Made by a program: the position numbers and the translations under genes. A stretch of DNA of 64,000 nucleotides from Phoronis australis. Its lineage: Eukaryota; Animalia; Phoronida. Of this stretch, positions 1-12,900 are shown in pieces. The notes beneath the pieces were generated by a model. That model ran no database searches. It was given only the letters and a program-made list of their open reading frames with translations, and was not told where the DNA came from. The stretch is from the NCBI GenBank assembly GCA_002633005.1, contig NMRA01000075.1:296641-360640 (forward strand), read 5' to 3'. How positions within the stretch are numbered: the stretch's first letter is position 1; each line of letters starts with the position of its first letter.

Positions 1-750
1 CGGTAAGACCAGCTTTTTTGACAGAAAACATGGGTTTAATGCCTCTTTAAACACTGTGGGAATATGCTAAGTTGTTACTAATGGTTTTGTTTATTTACTG
101 TAATTAGCAGTTTGGCACTGAATTCTTGTGTGATTAAGGCGTTGTTTGTTAAATGCCCTAAAACCGCTTTGAGGTGGTGAAGTTCTATTTATTTCTAAAA
201 TCTATTGGAATTACACCAACCTCTAGTATATGCAAACCTTGAACTGGATCTTCTCAGACTGTTGTTCATGACACGTGATGTGGCCAACAGGTGGCGTGCA
301 AACCAGACTTAAAAATGTTTGTGAATTATCCTCTAGCCTATTTACATTAGCGCTGCATTTCAGTTGGTCATTTTTCCTGTCATCTTTGATATCTCAGAGG
401 TGTAGTGAAAGTTTTAGACTGACATTCGAAAGGTCTCCTGTTCAAATCTTGTTGTTTGTAAAGAAGTCGGAAACACCACTCGTTCTCATATCCGTACTCA
501 TTCCTTTGAGAATGTAACACCAACCAAAATTTTGGGCTGATGTAAATAGACAAGAGGTCTGTAAACAGACCCATAGATTTTAGGAAAAAACAATCAAATC
601 ACCCAATCCATTCAAAAACCTTTAATAGGTCCATTCAGGATGTTTTTAGATTGTGCCATGTGTTGAATTTACTGATTAGATATTGTGCAATCTCCATATT
701 AATTAAGTGTGTAATTAACAGTCAAAACTGAGGTATTATCAAGCCACCCT

Positions 751-851
751 GGCTGTAGGCAAAGGTTGCCATTACATTTCAGGCTGTAGGCAATGGTTGT
801 CATTACATTTTAGGCTGTAGACAATGGTTGTCATTTCATTTCAGACTGTAG
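751..851 (+). repeat. 31-bp tandem repeat (3 copies plus partial) overlapping the splice acceptor of the LE exon
   Basis: ggctgtaggcaaaggttgccattacatttca-like units start at 751, 782 and 813. Confidence 0.85.
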
Positions 852-994
852 CTGTGATAGGACGGGTACAGTTGACCCCGCAGCGCCTTGTGAGGTCATC
901 ACTGGTCAATGCAGATGTAAGACAGGAGTCACTGGACGGAGATGTGACCAATGCATGTTTATGTACTATAACTTTTCAAGCACTGGTTGTCAAA
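845..994 (+). CDS. LAMA: Laminin alpha exon: laminin-type EGF (LE) domain
   Basis: [49 protein letters not shown], 8-Cys LE pattern; tttcag| acceptor and |gtaagg donor. Confidence 0.93.
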
Positions 995-3900
995 GTAAGG
1001 TTCTTAGCATTACTTGCAATGGTTAGACTCTAATAGAGTGGCTCTGTTGTACTTGCTGTGCAGGAAAAGCAGAGGTGCATTCCGTAGACCCAATAATCTT
1101 GTGCTAAACAGGACCATGCAAAATCATGCCAACGAAAAGACGAGTACGCTCAAAGGTACTTAACAGCCTAGAAATGGCAGCCACTGAGAAGTGATTGGTC
1201 AGCGAGGTTGGAATTCTTATATTATGGGATACAATTCAATGTTTCCATTCCATAAGTGGAGATTTCTCACCACACGAGCTGCTGCGTGAGCATCTTGGGT
1301 GTACGGATCGCAGCCCAGTTTTTATGCATTCTTGCTCTAAAAAATGAGAAAATCTTGTCAGGCTTTAAAATGATCATTTTTTGTGGAACGTAATTTGATA
1401 CTTAAAAAACTGTGACATAGCTAATAATTACCTAGTGCAGCATTGTGGTAAATGGTGCATTCTTTCTGACGATATGTTACATTTCAAGTTGAGGCTCTTG
1501 AGTTCCTGTCACAGTGGTAACGTGTCATTCATTGTAATTATTGTTAACATTAGAATGTGGTGACTGCCAGCAAGCCTTGGGCTCGGACTCACTGAAGTTG
1601 GCTGCTGTGTGGACTACGATGTACAACACGACCAAACATATCAACGCATTGAGAGAGGTGGACAGTGACCTGGAAGTGCTGCGGCAACAGCTCAACACTA
1701 CTTTGTCCAGTCTTGGTATATCATCTGAACGTCTCACTGATCTGTCCAGTCTCATGCAGAACCTGACCCAACAAGAACTCTTCATGAACACGACGGTCAG
1801 CAACTTTCAAGCCAAGGTGTGTGTGTGCGTGTGTAGGTTTGCAGTACGCACCAACAAAATGACCTTAAATTCACTGTCGTGATGGCTATGTGCAAATAGA
1901 AGTCCCCGCCATGAGGCTGAGTCCATGCTGTATTTGTCATCATCACAGAGAATGACTGTCATGGCATTTAAACAACATTTTTTCTCATTATTTTTGTCAT
2001 GTGCTGTATGTATTGTCAGCTCAGTACTTTATGGGCATTGTTGCATGCATTGGCTACTTCTTGGGTCCATTTGCCAGCGGTATATATCTCAGTCGTGGTT
2101 GTAGGATAAAACTATGTTTAGAATGAGTATAGAATGTTTATATTAGCTGAGAAATTTGCACTAGTTTCTATCTTGTTGTTGTGTGCTGAATGTATTTTGG
2201 TTCTGGTAAGTATTCAAGAAAATGGGAAGCGATTCATTCTTCACATTATTTTCACATTTCTGAAAATATGCCCATGGGCGTACGTATGGTGAGCCTAATT
2301 TTGGAAAGTCCTGAGACATTCATGATTTCATTTTCATGTCACTAACACAAGAAATGCGAATAGCAATTTAGCATTTACTGAATGGTACCACCACCGACAC
2401 TGTAGTGGGAGTTGTACTGTGAATTTCTTGCTCTTAGGTTGAATCAGCCTTGAATCGTGCCCAGACTCTGGAAACCACTGCCTCTGTCCAGCGCAGGCGG
2501 ATTACTGAAATTCAAGGGAATGCATCTCAAGTCCACGCCGAGATTTTGTCATCTGAAAGGCTGGCATCAGAGATGCTGACTTCATACAAGGAATACACCA
2601 TCAAAGGGACAGAGAATAAGAACTTGGCTAATGCTATCAATGCAGGGCTGACTGTGTCATTCAAGTCACAGCTGCAGCAAGTTAATGCTCATCTCAGTGC
2701 TGCGTCTGCTACGCTGGCTACTGTTAGTAACTTCTCGGCGATTATTCAGAATGAGGTAACGTCTTTGATTGAAGTGGCAGACTGAGTGTTTTCACTAAGC
2801 TTTCTTAACATGGAAGGCCACCACGCCCAAATTTGACCAAAACGCTCAAATTCTGAGCCCTCTTTCTCAATTTTTGATTCGATGGTCATATCAATTGTAA
2901 CTACGTTTATTAAACTATCATAACGGCAAGTCCCGAATATAAATTTATTTTCTCTGATACCCACTGTACTCTGAATATTACCATCTTAAACAAAATCATT
3001 ACTTGGTCTATTCCCTGCAAAATTTAGTACAGAACATTATAATCTCCGCTTTACCACTTGGCTAAAAATTGTGATTGGCATCGTTCCATCATGTCCGTTG
3101 TTCTCAAGCTAATCTTGGTGAGAACACTCTGCGGGTAATCTCACCCTTTATACGCCTTCTGTCATTGACAGCTGCTCAGTATTTCTCAATATTTTTTATC
3201 GCACAATCACGACAGTTTTGTCTTGAGAATGTAAAACTTTCGGATAACATGTTTCAAAGGTCATTGAGTGCATGTGTTAAACTTCAGTTGTACTGCATTG
3301 GGTGTAAATGCCTACTACTTATTGTGTGGTGGCACTGACCTGTTTATGGTGACTGAGTACAGTAACTGTTACATTGTAAAAGATGTGCGAGTATCTGAGT
3401 CATTGTTATGTGTCATGTTTTGCTTTGAATTGTTCTCATGGTGTTTCAGGCAATAGTCAGATATAACATGCCTCCGTTTTGAGAACCGGTTGATGCCCCG
3501 TATTCAGTGGAGAATACTGGTTCTCAAAATGTGGGCACGTTATATCAGACTATTACCGTGTTTCATCAGGGCTTGGAATTTTCCGCGGAAACGCGGATTT
3601 CCGCTTTTTTCAAATGTGCTTTCCGCTTTTTTTATAATATTTCCGCGTAAAAAAATCGGATTTGATATAAAATTTCCGCGGCAAATTCCTTTCTTACCGC
3701 GGCGTTGCAGACGACGTTCACCTCGAAAAGCGGAAGTTGCTCTTTATGTTCGGAGGAACGTAAATTGTCAACATTGCCGGGGCATCTGGGATAGCGTGGT
3801 GTGATTTTCAATGGCGTCTCGTATTAAGCGCGGCGATAAATACTACCGCTCTGCAGCCAAAAATGTGTGGGTTGGGAGTAGACGGGCGAGCTAAAAGGAC

Positions 3901-6900
3901 GCAGACGCATGCTACTGATGGTGGTAACGTTTTTTTTTATTTTTTTTTTTTATTTTTTTTTTAGTCCTCCCGATTTTTGTTGGGGAAAGGTTCACATTGA
4001 CAAGCTCTAGGCTGGTTATCGGGCGATGATTTGGGCCGTAAAAGTTTCCGCGTTTTTTGTCATTCGTCATTCCAAGCCCTGTTTCATGCAACAGACCTGC
4101 TGTGTATGCGCCATAAAGCTATTGGACTTCCTGCACTTTTACATAATCATCCAACCATTTACTCACTCAATATGCTGATATATGAACACCCACAAGTATC
4201 TATTTCAGAGTTGTGTGTTTAGCCTTAATGTTAACACAGGTCACAATCTGAATCTTAAGTTATATGTCTTCTGTGATGCTATGTTTTGAGTAACCATGAC
4301 AACCCTCCAAGCAAGAGCTTCATGTTTACAGGAGAGCTTGGCAAGTGCTGCCAGTAGGCGTGCTGACCAACTGATGACCAGTTTGCAAGATCTTCAGTCG
4401 CGCCACAAGGCCGTCATGAATCTGTCACGTCAAGTGTCTAACCTGGCTCAAGGAGTGTCTCAAGTGTACAACCAAACTATGGTAGGTTGTTTTGTGAACC
4501 GAGCTACATTCTATAGATGCAAGGCACTGGAGTGAGTCTCCGTGAGACATCGCAGTGTGTTGTAAGCGAAGCACTAGATTACATGTCTGGCCTCAATTGT
4601 GACTGTCTTGCTTCTGCTGTATGTAATGGCATTTACACAGTCATTTACAGTGCCAGAATTTCCTGTCTGAAATAACAAGCTTTTGATATAAATAGACTGA
4701 TATAGTCTTTTCAAACGGTTTCTAATTATTTGTTTTGAATACTTAGATATCTGATGTTTCCGATCAAGGTGGCCCTGGAAATATTGATTTACTTAATATA
4801 TAAGAATTTAAGTAAAGATTGTTGGATTGTGGTGCCCAAGAATGGAGGATGTCACTGCAATCATTTGACCTTCAGTCTAAATTAAAGCATTGCTGATTAT
4901 TCTCATTTTATGTTCAACCTTTTACAGCAAAACAAGCAGTATGCCGAATCGCTGTTTGCCCAAGCTGTGGTAGAACTGAACATCACTGACTTCACTCTGC
5001 GAACTGCACAGAAAGATTACAGTGACGCGGTGGCACTGTTGGGTGACATCCTAGTGAACTACATGGGAAGAGATACTTCAGGTAATACTCATCTCCTGTC
5101 TACGTGTATTCACCAAGTCTTTGTGTCATGCTGACCAATGAATGTTTTCGTACAAACAGAAATTGAAATGACTGAACTTGAATTGGAAGCTGTGTCGATA
5201 AACATTTTCTTGGTCTATCTCGATTCTTAATAATGAAGAATGATTCTTACTTTAGTTAAACAAATTACCAGAGCCCACTTGTTTTTCTGTTACAGAGCAT
5301 TACTTGAGCAGCAGACCATCTAGTATGTTTATAAGACTCCCTCTGTGGACTGGCATTTAATCCTTGTTTACCTGAATTGCCTGTTATAAACACCTTTGTT
5401 ACCATTTATTCTGATTACAACACATGAAAATATTTTTTAAGTCACTGATGACTACGATACGTATTCAAATTCAAAACAATTAGGCCACATTTACATAACG
5501 CTGTAAATTGTTGTAAGAACTTCGGAAATTATTACCTGAGTGTGTATGTGTCTGGTTAATCTTAACCATCGTCAACTCAGTGGGAGCATGTAGTGGTTGC
5601 TATTATTGTCAGAGCACACCAAGTAATTCAAGCACATTAAATTTGTAAATATTTATAATATTTGAATCTGAAAAAAATCAATACTTGCAATATTTCAAGC
5701 GATACATCATCACTAAACATCCACTATAATATGTGCACAGAAATAATGCCTGGCTTCTTGTTGTTAGTCACGTGGTTTCTTTTTAAAACAGTGGTGATAG
5801 TTTTGTTGTAGAATTTGAGTACTTTCAGGAATTAGTGTCACTCAAAAAGTTTCAATTCTGTATTCTATTAGTTACAAAGTTAGTAAAGTACAGACTGAAA
5901 CAATAGTTGTAGTCTTCATGGATTCAAAAAATTTTGATTTCATGGCTTGTCAATTTAATGTTTTTTTAATAATTTTAACCCTTAGTAATGAATTAGGTGT
6001 TGCCTCTCAGTGTTCGAGATCGTTACCTTGTTTGTCAGTCCAATTTCTCTGTTTAGGGTGAGCTACCTGACTTGAGTTGCTGTTTATTAAGTAAAACGTT
6101 TTCCTTTTTATTGTAGGTTATAAAATTTACACCACAAAAGGATTGCCCTGCGTGTTCCCGTTTTTCTATAAAGGAGTCCAGTATACCAACTGTACTAACG
6201 TTGACAACCCAGCAGGTTACTGGTGCCAGATAACACCCCCAGGAGAAGCCTTTGATTGGGGAAATTGCATTTTTGTGCCAATTCCACCCTGTAAGTTTTG
6301 GGGATATGGGGGGAAGTTATGCAAAAACTGATAAAGAATATGAATTAATGTTACATTTTAGAGTTGAATTAGAAACCTCTGTGTTAGAAGTGTTTAATAT
6401 TGAGGTTTGAAAATTGATTGCGCCCTAATTTTCATTTTGAAAAAACCCATAACCTGAGGAGTTGTTAAATTGTTGTGTGGCAAATGACTGCTCCCTGTTG
6501 TGATTGTTCGTGGGACAGAAGAGTAGTAACCAGTCATTCTACATAAAATTGCAGTTTGAATAAATGGTTGAATGTTGTTGGGTTCGTATCAGTCACTAAA
6601 TGTTAGTCATTTTATTAAGAACACTGACTTTACTTGAATGCCATTTCTGTCTTGTGTTCCAGCGGTCACTGGTTGGCAAGTGGAATCTAATGAGACTTTG
6701 TCTACACTCAGTGCCAGCCAGTCAGCACTCAGCGAAGTATCTTTTAAAGTCAACGGGGCTTTATTCCATGCTTCGTCACTCAGTTCGTTATCGCAAAACA
6801 TAGAAAGGTTGCCAACTTTTTAACAAATTGTCATTTGAAATATCATGGGATGCTTTATACTGTTGTACAGGGTGAACTTAAGAATCAAACCCATAACATC

Positions 6901-9900
6901 TGTAATCAATCATGCGTATTTCAAATCCATTTATTTTTTAAATTTTGATATGTTAGATGTTTCGGCAAAGTTTTAACATGAATACATATCAGTCTGCACT
7001 GAATTGTTCACTTTCTCCATAAGATTTCAGAAATGTAATACAAAATTTTTTGGGTTCATATTTTGGGTCATCCTGTACTAAACACTTGCGTGGTATATCA
7101 CCATAGATTATAGACATCAGATTCGCAACTCCGACATTTTCTTGTGAAATATCCTACAGGTTGCGCCACCCTCTTAAATGACAAATTTCAGTTTCCGGTT
7201 AATGTATTCTTGCTTTTATTTTACTGTCTAGTACAACATTGAAACTTTGTTCAAAGTCTGCTAATAGTAGAACTGTTGGTATCGTGAGTACTTTTGGCAA
7301 TGTTACTAGACATGTAATTGCAAAGTTCAAACTTCTGTGGTGTGGAAACTTAGTCCTTTACATTTCGCCTGTGTGGCTGAACACCTGACCACAGTACAGC
7401 CGACCATGATAAGCAGATGACAAATTTGCCGAAAGTAAAACTTGCTAATTTTGCCAGGTGTCACTAGTGAATAATAACATCACGGCTTATGCGTAAGAGC
7501 ACAGATTTCGTCCATTGAAAATATACGGAGTTGGCGGTCCATGTGCTGTAGTCTATGATAGCACGTATCAGTCTTACAGTCGGCCTAAGTGTGATGCGGA
7601 ACAGTTGTGGAAAAATTTTGCCATCATACGCTGGTCCTGTAACTGTCTTACATTGATGACATGACTTCAAGTGAATTGATATTATATGAGTCATACATTT
7701 GTGATATGAGTACCATGTACGGCAGTGGTACATTCATGACATGACTACAATATAAGGCAGTCATATATTCAGGTTATGTCGATGTGCAGTCAGTTAAGGA
7801 CTAGAACGTGATGAAATTGCATTGGAAAAGCAAATTCGACTTTATTGAAAGTTCCTGTTTTAACACCAGTTTTAAATAATTGATACCTGCTCAAAAATTT
7901 GCATTATTTGAATAAATGTGTATCTTGTCTAGCTTTTGAAGTTAAATGCTAAAACATAGTAATCTTGTCTCTTTATAGTGAATTTCGTAAAGTTCAGGGT
8001 CTTGGTCAAGATGCAGTCAATGCTATCGAAGGCTTCAAACAAGTCATTAAAAGCCTTGGCGAGTCAGTGGTTCAGGCAAAGAAAGCGAACGACACCGTTG
8101 CCCAGGCGATGGCTTCTATAAAGCAAATCACTGTGGCAGAGCTGGAAAATAGCGCTAGTACTTCCAAAGCTTTCTCTGACAGTTCATTGTTCCGTGCCCG
8201 AGCTAAAAATGGCACTGCAAAAAGTAAGCACTCAGAAACCGTAATTTCATTTGCACATCTATCTAGCAAGTGTTTTTGCAGTCATTTTCATTGTTCATTG
8301 AATATCTGCATTAAGAATAATTAACATTTTGTTGTCATGTTCAAGAGGACTGACATAACTGATAAAGCCATTGTAAGTGTTAGTTGGAGACTTGATTTTT
8401 GTACCTGCAAGTACTTAGATGTCTCGTATAATATTAAAAATACGCGGCCATGCCTTTTGGCATTGCTTTTAGTTCACCCCTTGGTTGTGCACAATTAGTG
8501 TTTAATACTCATGTTTGAAGCTTCATTGCAACATTTTCATTATCTTTTGTCTCTTTCATTTTAGCCTTGTTAGACCAGCTGAACAGTGCTAATAGCAGTC
8601 TTCAGACGAGTATTGAGACATGGGATAAATTGAACGCTGACTGGACACAAACAGAGACTAGAGTGAACAGTCTCAGTGACATAACCAAAGGTAATTTTTT
8701 AAAATTTTCATAAACAAGCGCAGCAGCAAATGCAGAAATAAACAATCACACAAAAATATTATTAAGTCAGATATTGCCTTGACACACCATTCAACCATGC
8801 TGTTTACTCATTTAATACATGTGCTAGTGTATGGGACAGTCAGTTTAAAAGTTCACTTACTGAGTCATGAATCAGAACCATTTGGTCCTAGTTTTCTGAA
8901 ATCGACATTTTTAACAGTAAATGAGCTTATCTGTTCTGTAAGCCATTTTTTATGAGCTTTTGATTGCAGGTATATGTCTTTGCGTAGATTCTGTAGTTTG
9001 CTGTTGAATGTTTCTTGCAAAACCCAAAAGGTATTATTACTATTAATTACAATATTTATGGAAATATTTAACCCTCATTATAAAAACCTTTGGTGAAACC
9101 AAACATAAAGTTCCATGATTAAAATTCATCACCTTGGTGGTAATTGAATATTATTCTTTGTTGTTGAAATATAACCAAGTGATCATATGTAGTAATGAAA
9201 TATTGTTATTGTTAAAAATAGAATGAAATGTCCAACAAATGCTCCCCAAGCTCTACCAGGGAAATCATTTAACATAAGTTTGAAAACAAGCATGAGGCGT
9301 TAATACTAAAATTAGAAGAACACTAATTTGCATTGCACTGGTTTGTATTAATACTAAAATACTACTTCAGTATGTTACAACCCAGCACCGAGACGTACAT
9401 TATAGAACATGTACTAAAAACACAAGATTTACTGGCATGGGGAAGGCTTTTGTTGCTCTTACCGTGCCCTCATTTCTGATGAAATGCTTATTTTGCCCAG
9501 TTGACACTTGGTCTTATCCGTAGGTTAATGAATGTTTCCTCTCCTTTCAGACGGCTCAATGCCTGCCATGTTATTCAACGGGCAGCAGAATGTGAATGCA
9601 GCCAACAGCAAGTCACTGGAAGTAGACAAGGAGAACAAACAGCTGCAGTCAAATGTGACTGGTCATAGTCAAGTCATGGCCGTGGTACAGCAACTTAGGG
9701 GGAATGTGTCCCAACTTCAGACGCAGCTCTCTGGCTCCTGTGAGTTTACCTTTGAAAGACCAGTAATTTAGTCTTTCACATTGATAATGAATTAATATTG
9801 AAAGAAATTATTAAACATGCTATCCCAGGTATGTCTTTTTATCTAACATGTATGCTAGTTGATCAAAATCAGGGGATATCTAAAAATTGTTTCAATAAGG

Positions 9901-12900
9901 TATCCATCAACCATTAGAATTATCAGATATGTGGCATCATGTTAATATGTTAATCCAGTTAAAATACAAAAGAAAAAAGTAACTTTTTTGAATTATGATA
10001 GTTATCAACTCTTATTTGCTTGGTTTAAATACTAAGCTTTATAATTTTTTCCAGAAAGAAGAATGACTAACCAATAGCTGAATTATGGCACCATGTTTTT
10101 AATATTCAGTTCATAAAGTTTTGGAAAATCATGTTTCTTTCAGTAATAACATACAACAATAGTTTGCTGGACATGCAAGCCAAGGTCAGTGAAATCATCA
10201 ACTCCAAATCAGACTCTTTACGAGCCACCATAGACGCAAAGTATGCAGTGCTTCAGGAGAAGCTGGCAAGAGCGAAACAGCTCGCTGAGAAACTAGAGCA
10301 ACCTGTCAGTTTCCGTGGAAACAAATCTGTGACTATCTCTAATGAAGTGCTGGTTTCGTCTTTTAATGATGTCTCTCTTGAGTTCCGCGCTGCGGTGAAC
10401 TCAACGGGACTACTTTTCTTCGCGCAAGGAACGAGTTCCGTTTCCGAGTTCACTGTACAGCTGAATGATGGCAAGGTGGAGTTTGTGTTCAACACTGGAA
10501 ATGGAGCGACTCAAATTAAGAGCCAGGCCAATATCTGTGATGAATGCTGGTTCAGAGTCAGTGCCAGTCGGTAGGTTAAGATAACAAGGATTACACTTGT
10601 GGTGTCTTGTCAGGAATAAACTTTTGATAGGTGTCACTTACAATTATAAAGTTTCTCATTTTGTTCCTTGTATGTACTGTAAAGGACATCAAGGCTTGAG
10701 AAGAATTGATGAAATTGACTATTGTGTCAGTCCAGCGGTGTCACTGTCAGCAGCGTGTCCAGCGGTGTGACTGTCAGCAGTGTGTCCAAACATGGCTAAT
10801 TTTGAAACATTGTATCTTAGAAATGGCTCGTTGAGTTCAAATTAAACTTTCAAATACTTTCTTTTATACTTTGTTCTCCTAAGTGCTGTTAGGAATTGCT
10901 TATAAAATTATCATTTTTTTCAAGAGGGTCTATCGAAAAAGAGGACTTTTCTGATTTTTCTGAAAAAAATCAGAAGTTGGAGAAAATGAAATGATAACTA
11001 CAAATCTGTAACAGTGATTTTTAAGATTTCATCTTGAATGAATTAGTTAACATGTTATTGATGCCGTTGCTATGAAATTACACCTCTTTTTTGAATTTAA
11101 TGAAAAAATGCTGTCACAACCCAATTAATGGCAGATTTGTATATTAAATGAAAAGTGAAATTCTAATCTGCAGTCTTCCTTCGTTAATAAATACATACCT
11201 TTACCAAGTGAAATGTTTTGTATATATTTGGCTGAAAGTGCAGAATTGCCGACAAGGTCCCACATAATCTTAACACCAGAGCGAGGCTTAAGGCAGCGGA
11301 ATTAGAGTTGAACCTTTTGAATTTCTGAATAGAGTGTTAAAATGGCTCTGTCATTTTGTGAGGAATTTTGTAAGTCTTCATGATATATTTTGGCCATCCT
11401 CAAAAGGGATGTAAGTTGTCCTTCATTATTTTGAAGTTGTGTTTCATTTTTTAAATTAAAGTAATTAAACAAGTGACTAATTATTTATGATGGATGTAGG
11501 TACCTGACTTTTGTCACCAACTCAAACACTGGAACTTGTAATTACAATAATCACTACACTGTAATCCTTCCATTCCATCCTGTTCCTCTCTGTTTACAGA
11601 TACTTCAACAAAGGTTTGCTGGTTGTCACTAAGTTGGCCACAGATGGAAGTGCGAGCGACTATGCTGAAGGTCCTAGTACTGATCGCAACATGTCCCTGG
11701 ATGGACAGTATTACCTGGCTGGCATACCTCAGGATGTTCCTGTGTCGGTAAGAAGTCGGTTGGTTTTGACCATGTTTGTGGTAGAGCTCTTTACATGAAT
11801 TAGCTGCTGTTTACTCATTCTAATGAATTGTAAGACACGTGACCTCCAATTACCTTTTGTAATCATCAGTCAACAAATTTGCTTATTCTTACATGTGGCT
11901 ATCAACCTGCCTGCTTTTGATTTGGAACACTTACCGTTATGATTTTGATCTTAAATTGTACTTAATCTGAACAAATTGGAAGTGATTTCAGCGCTTCAAA
12001 CAAACCAACTGTCCGTAAATTTCTTCAGACCCAGCTCGTAAAATTTCAGATCAAGTCTGAAAAAATATGTCGAGAAATCCCGCCGGTTCTTTCCAAGCCC
12101 AGACATCACTTTTAAATTGAGTAAGAAACAAGATAGGACCAGTTTTTTGACATGAAGTGACCTAAATCAAAGTGTAATTTTTTTTGACAGCATTGAGTTT
12201 AATGCCGCTTCACATGCCTTTGCAGACTGAGATGTTTTGATTCGCGATTTTTCTTTGTTACATTTTGCTTTCTTGTGAAACTCTGCAATGAGGTCAAGTG
12301 TTTGATCGTTGTTTTTAGAGTGGCAAGTTGGCTACCATGCAGAAGTTCACTGGCTGCCTTCATAATGTGAAATACAACAGTCGTCCAGTCAACCTGTGGC
12401 GGCGAATGAAACTTGAAGGTTACACATCTTGCTGTGCCAAGCCAACAGAGTCCGTGGAAACAAAGCTTCCTGGTGCCTCATTTAATGGTTTTGGCTACTT
12501 ACGGCTAGCACAAGAATCATTCGACATTAGCTTGTTTTCGCATGCCTCTGTCGAATTTAGGACATTTTCGCCTGATGCAGCTTTATTGGTGCTTGGCAAA
12601 GACAGTGTGGATGAAAAGTATGGTGTGATTTTGGAAGGAGGCCGTGTTGTTTTTCAATATGGCCGTGAAGGAGCCATGTTTGAATTGAAAAGTAGCAAGG
12701 CTTACAACGATGGACAGTGGCACAAGGTTTGTTTTCATGTCTGATCTGAATGATTATGCAATAAATTTTCAATTTATGGAATTAGCTGCTTCACCTTCAG
12801 TGTGAAAATGAACATTATTTCACAGTGATTTAAAAAGTTTTACCTCATTTATTTTACACAATGTTAGGCAATGAATTCTTTCAACTGACCTATTTATAGT

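Noticed and set aside
1554-10300. About 16 N-glycosylation sequons in the coiled coil
   Set aside because: Heavy N-glycosylation of the long arm is normal for laminins.
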